DNA from: a virus
Lineage: Duplodnaviria; Caudoviricetes
IMG/VR virus record: IMGVR_UViG_3300044675_004984
Location: 1-35,874 of that record
Reading direction: 5' to 3' (one strand)
Length of the DNA stretch: 35,874 nucleotides
Both the position numbers and the translations under genes were made by a program. Each line of letters opens with the position of its first letter. The first letter of the stretch is position 1. The notes beneath the pieces are model-generated. The model was given only the letters and a program-made list of their open reading frames with translations, was not told where the DNA came from and did no database searches. This document shows, one piece after another, positions 7,330-17,488 of the stretch.

Positions 7330-10300
7330 AGAAGAACTTGAACTTGATATTAGTTCTGCTCTCGCGAGCATCGAAGAAGTCGGTGCTGCGCTTACTGCTG
7401 TTGCCGACCAGTTCCGGCAGTCAATTTTCCAAGCGGTTGATGCTTTGGCTCAGGGTATTCCCGCTTTTCAAATTCCTGTTGAAGTTATTGTCGCAAGTAG
7501 TGATCTTGGGCAAGTTGTAAATCAAGGTTTGAGCGAAAACGATGGCGAAACTATCAATACCAATATTACTGGTGATACTTCGTCCGTCCAAGAATCTTTT
7601 GAGGATTCGTTACGAAACGCCGCTGCTCAACCTTTGGATTTGGCTCCTGCGAACATTGAAGGGAATTTGGTAAACGCAGAGCAACTTTCTTTCGATTTCT
7701 TCGAAGCGGCATCGGGCGGCGGCGAAACCTTAGAATTCAACGCTGAACTGCAACCCGAAATCAACTTAGAAGGAATTCAAGACAGCATCACTCAAGTTTT
7801 TGCTGAGCCACCGCCCATCGAACCCGAAGCGGATTTGTCCGGCGCTCTTGCTGATTACGATGCTTTTGTTGACCAGTTGAACAACCCGGTAGAGATTCCT
7901 GTAGCCGTTGATGAAGGGGCGGCAGAGCAAGCAGATAAAACCACGGAAGCGGTCAAAAAAACGGAAGAAAGTTTTGACGGTGCTGCCGCCGCTGTTGGCG
8001 CTTTAGCGGTTGGGGCAAAGATTGGTGTGTCTGCGCTTGCTTTGACTGCCGCCACCGCCACCGGTTTGTTTGTTTCTGCGGTGGAAGCAGAAGGCGCAGT
8101 TATTTCTTTCAATCAAACGCTTGGAGAACTTGCACCAGCGATCAGAAACGTTGACGTAAATGGTCTAAACACCGATTTGGGTGATTTGGCTATTCAACTT
8201 GGTTCTGATGACGAAGCGGCCCTCGGGGTTGCTCAACGCTTTGGGTTGCTTGGCATTACTGCCGGTGCCGCCGCAGACGACATTTCTACTGCGAATAATC
8301 AGTTGTTTGCGGTGGCAGCAAATCTTCGCGCCACAAATCCGGCGTTGGGAGAGTTGGACCAAATCGCTTCTCGTGCCGGTACTGCTTTTATCCGTGGTGG
8401 CCGTGCCGCTACCGCTTTGGGTTTGAGTTTGACAAGTCAAGAAATCCGGGCGCGTGCCGCAGAGCAAACAGGCAAAGAACTGAACTCCGCATTCACGCAG
8501 TTTGAATTGTTTGCTGCTGGCGCTTCGCTCGCGTCTGAACAATTTGGTTCTGCGATTGAACGCAACGTTGCTTTGGCGGCGCAAAACCCGATTATTGCGC
8601 TCAGCAACCTAAAAGTCCTTTTTGCTGACACATTGGAAGAATTCGGTAAGCCGCTTGTTGTTCCGATTCTTGCGATCCTTACAGATTTGGTTCCTGTTGC
8701 CACAAGCGTAGTTGGCGTGATTGGCGATTTGGCTTTGGCGTTGCTGCCGATTGCGGATCGTCTTTTTGAAGCGTTGGTTCCGATCACGACACAATTGGTT
8801 GATACTTTCAACAACTTGATTGACCGGCTGCAACCAACTTTTGATGCTTTGGCTGATGCGGTCGGAAATCTCGTGACCGCTTTTGAGCCGCTCTTTGATA
8901 TTTTCGGTGGCGCTTTTGCAGGCTTGATCGAAGGATTTGCGTTTCTTGTCACGCCGGTCATTGAAGCATTTGCAGCCTTGACAGAAGCAACTGGCGCAGC
9001 GATACCAGTTGTTTTCTTGCTTTATCAAACCATTGAAACTCTAGGTTCTGCACGAGCATTCAAAACTTTGGCTCCCGCCCTATTTGGAATCATTCAAAAC
9101 ATTTACCAATACATCGCTACGGTTCAAACTGCGGTGATTGTCACCGCACCATATATCGCTGCTGCGGCTGCTTTGGCGGCTGCTATTGGTTTTTTGATCG
9201 CCAAAAGTCGTGAAACTCCCCCCGTTTTTGATGATGTTATTCAGTCTACGTTGGCTACCGCTTCTGCGATTACTGATGTTGAGGCAGCGGTTCTTGCGTA
9301 TACGACTGCCCTAAGCGATTATGTGACCGAATCGGAAATTTTGAAAAATGAGAAGTTGGTAGAAGCACTTGCTGAAACGGGAATTTCGATTGAGCAATTT
9401 CAAGGTTTTGTTGAGGGTGGCTCGCAAGGTTTGAATGAGTTCTTGCAAGCCCTCGCCTCTATTAGCGACGGCGGGGTTTTGAGAAGTTATGCCGGTGGCG
9501 TGGAATACACCGCTGAACAAATTGCCAAGTTGACGGACGCTGAACGCGAAGCGTTATTCCTTACTCGTGATACAACCGGCGCAAGAAATACTATTGCTGA
9601 CGAATACAATCGTTTGACCGGAAGTTATGGGGCGACTAACGAAGCAGCATTCAATTTGCTTGTCACCCAAAATCAACTTAGCGATCAATTCAGAAGGGAC
9701 ACGATCCAAGCCGTCACGAACGCCGAAACGGGACAAATTGATTACAAGGCTGCGATCCAAAGAACCAATGATGAAATAGTGAGGCAGAAACGTTCTCAAG
9801 ATGAAGCGAATCTTGCTTCCGGTCAGGCCGCTGCCGATTTGCAGACTTTGGGCACGCAACTCGATTCTTACCGGCAGCAATTGGCGTTGGGTGCTGATTC
9901 GACAAGGATTTTGAGTGAGGCGACACTCGCTTTTGGCGGCGATGCTGAGGCTGCACAAAAGTTTGTTGACGATTTTACAAAAGAAGTCCAAGAGTTTACC
10001 GACACGGTTGTCGGTAACGTCCCTTCCGTCATTGACGCGTTTAGCGAACTGAGTCGCGAGGAAGGCGGTTCTTTTGCTGAGATTTCAGCGAATCTTGATA
10101 AAAATCTTCAAGATACGTTGAACTGGTCGGACACCTTGATTCGTCTTTCGGAAGAAAACCGTCTTGGTATTTTGCAAGTTGCGGCACAGGTCGGTGCTGA
10201 ACGGACAGCGATTTTGCTAGAGGCGTACGGTGGCGATGAGGCAGAGTTGGACGCCCATTTGCAGCGCATGTTTGCCATTGAGGAAAATGCTCGTAACGAA

Positions 10301-11416
10301 GCCCGTATTGCTGCTGCGATTGCTTATGCAAGCCGTTTTGGTTTGGAAGGCGAGCAATTAGACGAATTGGCTAATCTGCTGCGTTTGAAAGCCCCGTGGC
10401 TTCCCATTACCCAAGAAGATATTGACGCTGCGCTTGGGTATGTCAAAGATAAACAACCTGAATTTGAAATCGAAACAGAGGTTTTGGCGCAGGGCAGTCG
10501 TGCCGGTTGGGATCGCGGATTCCGAGGTTTGGACGCATTTGACCCTGCGAACCCTCTTGCGGACCGTGTGCAAGAACAGGGTGAGGCTGCTGTCGCCACG
10601 GCAGAGGAACAGGGCGCTGCTGCTGGTACTGCTTATGTGGAAAGCGCAAGTGAAACTGTTGCGAACAACGGCGGGGTTCTCGCCACCAACTTTGCGGTCA
10701 TTCTCGCCAACGCTTCAAGCCGATCAGAATTCTTTGCCCGTCTTGTAGGCATTTTTGCTGGGGCGCGAATCATAGATGGTTTGGAAGAAACACTTCAAAA
10801 TGGTGTGCCGTCTTTGACGCAAACCGTGAACGATGTTTTGTTGCGGGTATCTGCCGATACGTCTTTTGCGTCGCTATACACCGGGTTTGTTATTGCGAGC
10901 GGTATCGGTAGGGGCGCTTACGATAATCGTGCTTTTATTGGTGACGAACTGGTTCGTGGTTTCACTTACGTTGTTGAGAATTACAGCGACGAAGCGGATA
11001 TGACCGGTTGGTATTTGGGTTCTGCTTTGGCGGAAGGTTTGAAGCGCGGTTTGCGTGACAATGCTTCGTCTGTTGCTCAGGTGGCCGCTCAAATTATTCG
11101 TGATGCGGAAGAAGCGGCAAAAGCGGAGGCCGAAACCGAATCTCCTTCTAAGGTTTGGGAAGGGATCGGTCGTGATCTTGTGAATGGTTTGGCCCGAGGT
11201 TTGGAACGGACTTCTCCGGTGTCTGATCGGGCGGCTGCGAACGTGATTGGTTCTGCTGGCAATGTTGGCGGCGGTGGTGGCGGGGTTAGTAATATTTCGG
11301 TGACGGTTCCTGTGACGATCAACGGTAATGCTGATCCGGCTATGGGTTCTCAGATTGGTCGTGCGGCGGCGACGGAGTTGCGTCGTGTGTTGCAGTTGGA
11401 AGCGAGAATGGCATGA
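7319..11416 (+). CDS. Tape measure protein
   Basis: 1365 aa, Ala/Leu-rich and helical with hydrophobic stretches; C-terminal ESPSKVW..IG.DL..GL..G motif; position after the chaperones. Confidence 0.92.
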   Translation: MAIREELELDISSALASIEEVGAALTAVADQFRQSIFQAVDALAQGIPAFQIPVEVIVASSDLGQVVNQGLSENDGETINTNITGDTSSVQESFEDSLRNAAAQPLDLAPANIEGNLVNAEQLSFDFFEAASGGGETLEFNAELQPEINLEGIQDSITQVFAEPPPIEPEADLSGALADYDAFVDQLNNPVEIPVAVDEGAAEQADKTTEAVKKTEESFDGAAAAVGALAVGAKIGVSALALTAATATGLFVSAVEAEGAVISFNQTLGELAPAIRNVDVNGLNTDLGDLAIQLGSDDEAALGVAQRFGLLGITAGAAADDISTANNQLFAVAANLRATNPALGELDQIASRAGTAFIRGGRAATALGLSLTSQEIRARAAEQTGKELNSAFTQFELFAAGASLASEQFGSAIERNVALAAQNPIIALSNLKVLFADTLEEFGKPLVVPILAILTDLVPVATSVVGVIGDLALALLPIADRLFEALVPITTQLVDTFNNLIDRLQPTFDALADAVGNLVTAFEPLFDIFGGAFAGLIEGFAFLVTPVIEAFAALTEATGAAIPVVFLLYQTIETLGSARAFKTLAPALFGIIQNIYQYIATVQTAVIVTAPYIAAAAALAAAIGFLIAKSRETPPVFDDVIQSTLATASAITDVEAAVLAYTTALSDYVTESEILKNEKLVEALAETGISIEQFQGFVEGGSQGLNEFLQALASISDGGVLRSYAGGVEYTAEQIAKLTDAEREALFLTRDTTGARNTIADEYNRLTGSYGATNEAAFNLLVTQNQLSDQFRRDTIQAVTNAETGQIDYKAAIQRTNDEIVRQKRSQDEANLASGQAAADLQTLGTQLDSYRQQLALGADSTRILSEATLAFGGDAEAAQKFVDDFTKEVQEFTDTVVGNVPSVIDAFSELSREEGGSFAEISANLDKNLQDTLNWSDTLIRLSEENRLGILQVAAQVGAERTAILLEAYGGDEAELDAHLQRMFAIEENARNEARIAAAIAYASRFGLEGEQLDELANLLRLKAPWLPITQEDIDAALGYVKDKQPEFEIETEVLAQGSRAGWDRGFRGLDAFDPANPLADRVQEQGEAAVATAEEQGAAAGTAYVESASETVANNGGVLATNFAVILANASSRSEFFARLVGIFAGARIIDGLEETLQNGVPSLTQTVNDVLLRVSADTSFASLYTGFVIASGIGRGAYDNRAFIGDELVRGFTYVVENYSDEADMTGWYLGSALAEGLKRGLRDNASSVAQVAAQIIRDAEEAAKAEAETESPSKVWEGIGRDLVNGLARGLERTSPVSDRAAANVIGSAGNVGGGGGGVSNISVTVPVTINGNADPAMGSQIGRAAATELRRVLQLEARMA

Positions 11417-14181
11417 GTTGGAATCCTAACGCTGATACTGATTGCGCTTTTGGTTTGGAGTGGGCACCGCTGCGCGAAGTTGATCGTCCTGTTGGTGGGA
11501 CTGGTGAAACTTCTTATTCGTGGGTTATGGAATCTACGGCTACGGAAACTGTCACGAAGATGTGGACTTTTTCTTCTGTTGCTGTTCCGAACGCGTATGA
11601 CGTTATTGATATTTATGATGCGGCCACGGTTCAGCCGGTAAATCGAACGGTTGACCGGTATTCGTACACGGACGACGCAGATTCTTCTCTGTTTATTCGT
11701 CCGACCGGTGGCCGTTGGTATTCCGCCAATTCGCGTGTCGAATCGGTTGATCAGACACGAATGGACGATGTTTCTCCCACCCCTGACAAATGGGTGAATT
11801 TGTTGGGTGATCCTTCGGTCGAAGGTTTGTACGCAGGCTATTTGAATTTGATTGGACCGGTATTTGATGATCCGGTGCCTGTTATCAACCGTCAGTTTCT
11901 TGGCTTGGTTCCTACGCCACTCACTCCGGTTGCCGGCGATTACACTTCTTCGTTTTCTCAATGGGCTTTTTATGTTGATGATTTGGAATCGGGTGTTGGT
12001 GGGCAACGCATTATTGGTTTGACGGTTGCCTGTTTGTGCCAGCGCATTGTTGAGCCGAGGGCAAGATCGGGCGAATACGATCAGCCTTACCGGATTCGAC
12101 CCGCTATTTCGGTGGACGGCATTATCCGGTGGGGTCAGGCACAAATCATGCCGTCCTCCCCGTCCGTAGTTTCTTACACTTGGTATCAAAACCCGAATAC
12201 TGGCCGTGCTTGGACAGAAGCCGAGTTGGAGGATTTCAACACAACCGAGCAAGACAATTCGGTGATGTGGCTTATGTCGCGTCCTAATGATCCTGAGGTT
12301 CGTCAGGTTACCGCTGGTGTGATTTATGAGGCTTGGGCTGATGTTGAAGTTGTGACGGAAACTCGTGCCGCGCAAGCGATCCGTGTTGACGATCAGCAGT
12401 TCTTTGGTTGGAACGAATGGGACGTTGAAACGATTGGTGGCACGGATTGGGTGAAGGGTTCAGGCAACTCCTATTTGTTCAATGCTCGCATTTTTCAGCA
12501 GCAATCAGTTGATTGGCGTCCTGCTCTTTCCACACAAGGTTTGTCTATTAGGGCTTTGGGCGACGGTTCAGGCCCTCAAAACGGGGTGTATGAAACACAA
12601 CCCGAGTTTCTTTATGGGATTCCTCGCACGGTTGGGAATCAAACAGATTATGCGCCCGCGGTGGTTTTGTATGACGATGATGCGAATGCTTTGTCAGATG
12701 ATGGGCAGCCGTATGCGTATATCACGGACGGCGACGGCGAGTTGGGTTTGGTGCGTGATCCTGACCGCCCTCAACTTTGGCAAGGCGTGACGTTCACGCC
12801 TCAGGTCGGCGTTGATTACAAAGTCAGGTTTTGGGCACGTTCAATAACTGAGGCGCAGCCTGACAGTTTCATGGTCGTTTATGTGGTGGATTCAAACTAT
12901 GTTCTTGAAGCGACTTCTCCTATTATCCGACCTTCGGATTTGCAATTTCCCGGCAAGTGGCAGAAGTTTGAATTGGAATTGGTTGAGGACGCTTGGAATA
13001 CTTCCGATAGCGATCACATCGTCATGTTCGTTGTATACGGGGGCGGTTCAGAAGGCTGGCAAGTGCTGACCTTGAATACCGGCATTACCCGCCCCAACGC
13101 AACTATCGCTAGCGAAGATGTTGATGTTGTCACCTATGGCGGTGACGCGTATTACGCCGCTGGCGGCGATGTGGAAGGCAACCCCGGTGGCGATCCGTGG
13201 GTTCTTCGTGAAGATGCCGATGTTTCGGTGGTTGTGGGGGCGACACCTGAAATGCCGACAGGCTTTTCCGCAACTTACGTTGATTTCGATACGGGCGTTT
13301 ATGGGCCTTCGGTCACATTGGAATGGGACGGTCAAGACGACCCTGACGACTGTTCGCTGCTCGGGTATTACGAGATTCAGCGCAAAACTCTTGTGGTCAG
13401 CGGCAACAATTTTGATACCGGTTGGCAAACCATTTTTTACGCTGACGTTGACGGAACAGAAGAAACGTATTCGGTGTCAGATTATGAAGCAAACCGCAGT
13501 TCGTTGGGGGTGTCCGAAAACCATTACCGAATCAGATTGGTAAGCGATATCGGTTTCACTTCCGAGTGGAGCGAAGAAATCGAAATCGTTATCCCCGATG
13601 ACGAACGTTGCGGATACTTTTTGTCTACAAACGAAGTGCCGCCGTTGAATCTGTGGTTCAACGATGTTGGTACCCGTTCCTACGAATTCCTAGAAACTGT
13701 TTCCTACTATGAGTTTGAGGGGCGTGACGGCGCTGTAGAGGCCCGTGGACTGACTGACCGTTTGGACCAGTTCGCCGTTGATTTCCTTTTGACGGCGGCG
13801 GGGGCAGCGAATTTCACACCCGACATTTCAACTTTCGATAACCAAGGCCGACGCATTTTCGACAGACTGCTTTTTCTCGCCGGAAACAAACGTCCGCTCA
13901 GCGAACCCTTTACACAACTGGTGCGTCTGCCTTATGTTTGCGTGACGGACAATAACGGCAACCGTTGGTTCAGCAGCATTCAAACACCTACCGGTGTTGA
14001 TACTGAACCGGGAAGCCAGTATCGGATGCAGACAACTATCCGCGAGTTGACTCGGACACCTTCACCGGTCACGGTTGTTGATTCGGGCGATGGTGTGCTT
14101 ATCTCCTTGCAACTTCTTGCCATTCTTGCCCCGGCCTTGGAGCCGCCGACCCCTCCGGCACCGTTTGTGCCCTCATCGTGA
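11413..14181 (+). CDS. Minor tail protein (distal-tail-like, with FN3-like and beta-sandwich domains)
   Basis: 922 aa, ATGA-coupled to the tape measure gene. FN3-like segment PEMPTGFSATY...VTLEW...YYEIQR...YRIR...SEWSE. Ends in a Pro-rich tail ...PPTPPAPFVPSS. Confidence 0.7.
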   Translation: MSWNPNADTDCAFGLEWAPLREVDRPVGGTGETSYSWVMESTATETVTKMWTFSSVAVPNAYDVIDIYDAATVQPVNRTVDRYSYTDDADSSLFIRPTGGRWYSANSRVESVDQTRMDDVSPTPDKWVNLLGDPSVEGLYAGYLNLIGPVFDDPVPVINRQFLGLVPTPLTPVAGDYTSSFSQWAFYVDDLESGVGGQRIIGLTVACLCQRIVEPRARSGEYDQPYRIRPAISVDGIIRWGQAQIMPSSPSVVSYTWYQNPNTGRAWTEAELEDFNTTEQDNSVMWLMSRPNDPEVRQVTAGVIYEAWADVEVVTETRAAQAIRVDDQQFFGWNEWDVETIGGTDWVKGSGNSYLFNARIFQQQSVDWRPALSTQGLSIRALGDGSGPQNGVYETQPEFLYGIPRTVGNQTDYAPAVVLYDDDANALSDDGQPYAYITDGDGELGLVRDPDRPQLWQGVTFTPQVGVDYKVRFWARSITEAQPDSFMVVYVVDSNYVLEATSPIIRPSDLQFPGKWQKFELELVEDAWNTSDSDHIVMFVVYGGGSEGWQVLTLNTGITRPNATIASEDVDVVTYGGDAYYAAGGDVEGNPGGDPWVLREDADVSVVVGATPEMPTGFSATYVDFDTGVYGPSVTLEWDGQDDPDDCSLLGYYEIQRKTLVVSGNNFDTGWQTIFYADVDGTEETYSVSDYEANRSSLGVSENHYRIRLVSDIGFTSEWSEEIEIVIPDDERCGYFLSTNEVPPLNLWFNDVGTRSYEFLETVSYYEFEGRDGAVEARGLTDRLDQFAVDFLLTAAGAANFTPDISTFDNQGRRIFDRLLFLAGNKRPLSEPFTQLVRLPYVCVTDNNGNRWFSSIQTPTGVDTEPGSQYRMQTTIRELTRTPSPVTVVDSGDGVLISLQLLAILAPALEPPTPPAPFVPSS

Positions 14182-15194
14182 CTGCGTTCGCTGTTGAATG
14201 GGCTGTAGCGGACAGCACCGGCGCTTTGACCGGTGTTATCGCTGGGAGCGGGGGAACGCTGTCTTGGGACGGTAGCGCCACCGTTCAAAGGGTGGCGCGT
14301 GGCGTAACTTTTGAAACTTCTGAATGGGCGCAGATAGACAAATTGAATGACTGGCTTGTTCCGGTTTTCAAAAGGTCAGATGGTTCCGCTGTTCGACTTG
14401 GAATGTTGGCTGTTGCTTCTGATCAGCAAAGGTTTTTGGGCGATGGTTTGCTGGCCCCTGCCGAACCGTATTTGGTGGATCACGGTTCTTTTTTGGCGAC
14501 TGCTTCTCCTTACAATTTGTCGGGCAGGGTCGGAGAGTCCATTTCGGACGCTTTGATCCGCATTTGCGATATTGCCGGGATTGAACGTCGCATTATTGAA
14601 CCTTCGGGCGAAGTGCTTGGTGAACCGGTTGCGTATCCGGTTGGCAGCACTTTTGAAAACGCGTTGAATGGTTTGTGTGTCCTCGCCGGGTTTCTGCCTC
14701 CGCATTTTGACCGTGATGGTGTGTTGCGGTTGAGGCCACTTTCCCCGAACAACGCTGAACCTGCCGCCACCTATGACGGTTCTTCAATTGTGTTTGATAC
14801 AAGAGTTGAGGGTTCGGATTATTTGGACGCACCCAACGTTTTTATAGTTGTCGGTTCGGGCGCTCAGGACGGGGCGGTTGTGGCAACTGCCGAAGTGCCG
14901 TCGAATGCACCGAATAGTGTTGTGCGCCGCAATGGGCGACGAATCGCTCAGGTGATTCGCGAGCAAGGCATTGATAATGTTTATCAGGCTCAGCAGTTGG
15001 CGGAATTGGTGGCGTCAACTTCGGTGGCGAGTTACCGAACAATCAATTTTGGTGCTGTTCCAAATCCGGCGCATGATTGTTTCGCTCTTGTCGAAGTGAA
15101 CAATACGATTTATCGCGAGTTGTCTTGGGATTTTGATATGTCGGTTGGTGGTCTTATGTCGCACACGGTTGTTTCTGAATTGAGGTTGACGTAA
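14178..15194 (+). CDS. Minor tail protein (baseplate hub-like)
   Basis: 338 aa; G.LSWD...VQR, LAGF....FDRDGVLRL, PNVFIVVG and P.P.H motifs typical of actinophage hub proteins. Confidence 0.7.
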   Translation: MTAFAVEWAVADSTGALTGVIAGSGGTLSWDGSATVQRVARGVTFETSEWAQIDKLNDWLVPVFKRSDGSAVRLGMLAVASDQQRFLGDGLLAPAEPYLVDHGSFLATASPYNLSGRVGESISDALIRICDIAGIERRIIEPSGEVLGEPVAYPVGSTFENALNGLCVLAGFLPPHFDRDGVLRLRPLSPNNAEPAATYDGSSIVFDTRVEGSDYLDAPNVFIVVGSGAQDGAVVATAEVPSNAPNSVVRRNGRRIAQVIREQGIDNVYQAQQLAELVASTSVASYRTINFGAVPNPAHDCFALVEVNNTIYRELSWDFDMSVGGLMSHTVVSELRLT

Positions 15195-15913
15195 TGGACG
15201 TTCAGGACATTCGGCTTGTTGTGCAAGCGATGGAGGCACGCCCTTCTGATATCCCGTCATTATTGCCGGGAACTATTTCTGAGGTTTCGGAAGATGGTTC
15301 TACGGCGATTCTTGTGATGGACAGCGATCCTGATGGGATTACTGTTCAGGCCCGCATGTTGTTTGCCGATTTGGGTGAGGGCGACCGGGCGATGGTGATG
15401 TTTGATCCGCCTAGAGGCGTGTATGTCGTTGGCACTATCGGCAGAAGAACCGAAGCCGGACAAATTGTTGTTGATTATGCACAGGACGTAGACGACATTT
15501 TGATCGAAACAGACGAAACTCAACTTATAGAGTTTCCAAGTTTTACGTTTTATGCAGAACCCAACAGGATGTATAGATTTGATTTGACTGCTTCTTTATA
15601 TGTGCAGGCCGGAGGTTGGAACGGCTGTTTTGATTTTCAACCACAGATTGATTTGTCCCCTTGGTACTTTCCCGGCCCAAACGGATCTACCAGTTTTTAT
15701 CTTGATTACCAAACCTGTGCTTACGACAGCCAGCAGTCTCGAATTACGGGAACAGTTTTTGGTACGACCTCTTACCCGGAAGCCACACTTCAAACGGTTG
15801 ATGTATTTACTTATTTGAAAATAGATGATCCTTCAAGTGTCGGTTGCTATACATTTATTCATGTTTTGGTGACGGACAGCGGCCCAATCAACGCCGCACA
15901 ATTCATTAGATAG
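15194..15913 (+). CDS. Minor tail protein (N-terminal OB-fold-like, C-terminal beta-rich)
   Basis: 239 aa; GTI..V...G...V...........GDR.MV.F.PP.G.YVVG.IG N-terminus; last gene of the tail module, with an AT-richer 3' half. Confidence 0.55.
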   Translation: MDVQDIRLVVQAMEARPSDIPSLLPGTISEVSEDGSTAILVMDSDPDGITVQARMLFADLGEGDRAMVMFDPPRGVYVVGTIGRRTEAGQIVVDYAQDVDDILIETDETQLIEFPSFTFYAEPNRMYRFDLTASLYVQAGGWNGCFDFQPQIDLSPWYFPGPNGSTSFYLDYQTCAYDSQQSRITGTVFGTTSYPEATLQTVDVFTYLKIDDPSSVGCYTFIHVLVTDSGPINAAQFIR

Positions 15914-15922
15914 AATTATTGA

Positions 15923-16714
15923 ATGACTTCGTATTATCTTCTTGATCACCCTCCGGCGATCCAACAGTTTCACACGACACGCGCCAACCCAATGACGGGC
16001 GGCGTTCTTGTCCACACCACAGAATCAATTATGGACAACGTGGGGCCGGACACCGGGGCTGAAAACGTTGCAGCCTATATCGCTCGCAGAACCGAATACG
16101 GTTCTTATCATGTGATCGTTGATTCGGATTCGACGGTATTTTTGATGCCGGACTCGTACACGGCTTTTCATTGTGAGGTCAAGAACTTCAATAGCCGCAC
16201 TTGGGGAATTTCTTTTGCTTGCCGCAGCACCGATCTTGACGTTAGTAATGCTTGGACCCAAGCGGCAGTAAAGCGTGCCGCCAATGAAATCTATGCGTTT
16301 TGGATTCGCAACAATTTCGATCCGATAACATCAGCCAACTTCATTCCTGCGGATCAAACACTTTTTGCCGCCGGATTGACAACGCACGGTGACGCCCAGC
16401 CATACAACCGCAGCGACGCTTGGACGAAGCACCCGCAACGAGGGCAACTTCAAGCCATGCTGATTCGCGGTATCCTAGAAAACGTAAATCCACCTGATCC
16501 TGAGGACGACGAGATGAAGCCTGTAGAAATGTGGCGTGACCCCAAAGACGGCTCTATTTGGCTGTTTTGGACCGGGCCGTACCGTACTGGCCTCAAAACG
16601 CAAGAAGATGTGAAGGCGTATCAGTCGCTTGGTGTCCCGTTTCGTGGCGATTTCCCGAACGCCGAGTTCGGAGCGATGAAGATTCGCAACACGCATTGGT
16701 TGAAAACTGGCTGA
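15923..16714 (+). CDS. Endolysin, N-acetylmuramoyl-L-alanine amidase (Amidase_2-like)
   Basis: VLVHTTE, SYHVIVD, AFHC, N....GISF and THGD....RSD motifs. An acidic linker PPDPEDDEM precedes a C-terminal domain. Confidence 0.85.
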   Translation: MTSYYLLDHPPAIQQFHTTRANPMTGGVLVHTTESIMDNVGPDTGAENVAAYIARRTEYGSYHVIVDSDSTVFLMPDSYTAFHCEVKNFNSRTWGISFACRSTDLDVSNAWTQAAVKRAANEIYAFWIRNNFDPITSANFIPADQTLFAAGLTTHGDAQPYNRSDAWTKHPQRGQLQAMLIRGILENVNPPDPEDDEMKPVEMWRDPKDGSIWLFWTGPYRTGLKTQEDVKAYQSLGVPFRGDFPNAEFGAMKIRNTHWLKTG

Positions 16715-16716
16715 TC

Positions 16717-16992
16717 ATGGAAGATTTGTGGTCACACCCGCTTGTCGTGGCGACATACGCTGCGATGTTTTCAATGGTGGTTGGTGGTATTCGCGCTGTT
16801 ATAAAACTGTTTGATCGGGTTACCGATCTTGAAAAATCGTTGGCTGAACTTCATAAAGATTTGGATACTTTGTCAACAGAGTTGCGGGCGCACATGGCTG
16901 ATGAGTCCCGCAATGTTCAGCAGTTAGAAACGACTATCAACAATTTGGCGGCTTCTATGGGTCGCCCACAAATCGGTTTGCGTTCCGAGTAA
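16717..16992 (+). CDS. Holin-like membrane protein (one TM helix plus coiled coil), 91 aa
   Basis: ATG 2 nt after the lysin stop; hydrophobic PLVVATYAAMFSMVVGGIRAVI followed by a heptad region. Confidence 0.55.
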   Translation: MEDLWSHPLVVATYAAMFSMVVGGIRAVIKLFDRVTDLEKSLAELHKDLDTLSTELRAHMADESRNVQQLETTINNLAASMGRPQIGLRSE

Positions 16993-17181
16993 TTAGTCGT
17001 TTGGAGTTTGGCGTCGTTCGGCGGCTTCTGCTGCTTTGCGCTGTTTGCGTTTGCGGTACAGCACACGATGGTAAGCGGCCCATGCCGCTTTGCATTCCCG
17101 GCTAGGGGTTTGGCCGTTGCGGATCGCCCTCTTGTAACTGCTGACTGTGCCTAATGGTGCTGTTGGTTTCGGTCCCGGCAT
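16993..17181 (-). CDS. Small basic protein (62 aa)
   Basis: MPGPKPTAPLGTVSSYKRAIRNGQTPSRECKAAWAAYHR..., a degenerate form of the actinophage (C/H)GT..Y.R..R.G..PC..C..A motif. Starts 4 nt after the upstream stop. Confidence 0.65.
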   Translation of the reverse strand: MPGPKPTAPLGTVSSYKRAIRNGQTPSRECKAAWAAYHRVLYRKRKQRKAAEAAERRQTPND

Positions 17182-17185
17182 TTTC

Positions 17186-17488
17186 CTACTCGTAACTTGC
17201 GATGAAGCCTGTGACAGTTGATGCTGCCAAGACGTATTTGAGATTGTTCCAAAAATCGGGCATGTAGCGGCGCATCGCCAAGGCAAATGAGGCTGCCCAA
17301 ATTGAGGCGCACCAGTCGCAACCCATCAGGTAAATAAGTTTGTCGGCGGTGCTTTGAGAAATGATTTTAGCGGTTACGGCTGTACCGATTTCTTTTTCGA
17401 TGGTTTCACGCAAGGGGTTCGTGATTTCGTCGCGTGTGATTAGTCGGGTCAGCCTGTGTACGGCAAGTAAATCTAAAAGCAGGTTCAT
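17186..17488 (-). CDS. DUF1360-like membrane protein (100 aa)
   Basis: LAVHRLTRLITRDEITNPLR...L.GCDWCASIW signature; ATGA overlap with the upstream stop. Confidence 0.8.
   Translation of the reverse strand: MNLLLDLLAVHRLTRLITRDEITNPLRETIEKEIGTAVTAKIISQSTADKLIYLMGCDWCASIWAASFALAMRRYMPDFWNNLKYVLAASTVTGFIASYE

Noticed and set aside
11350-12375. 341-aa ORF on the - strand
   Set aside because: Antisense shadow of the minor tail gene; no motifs or RBS.
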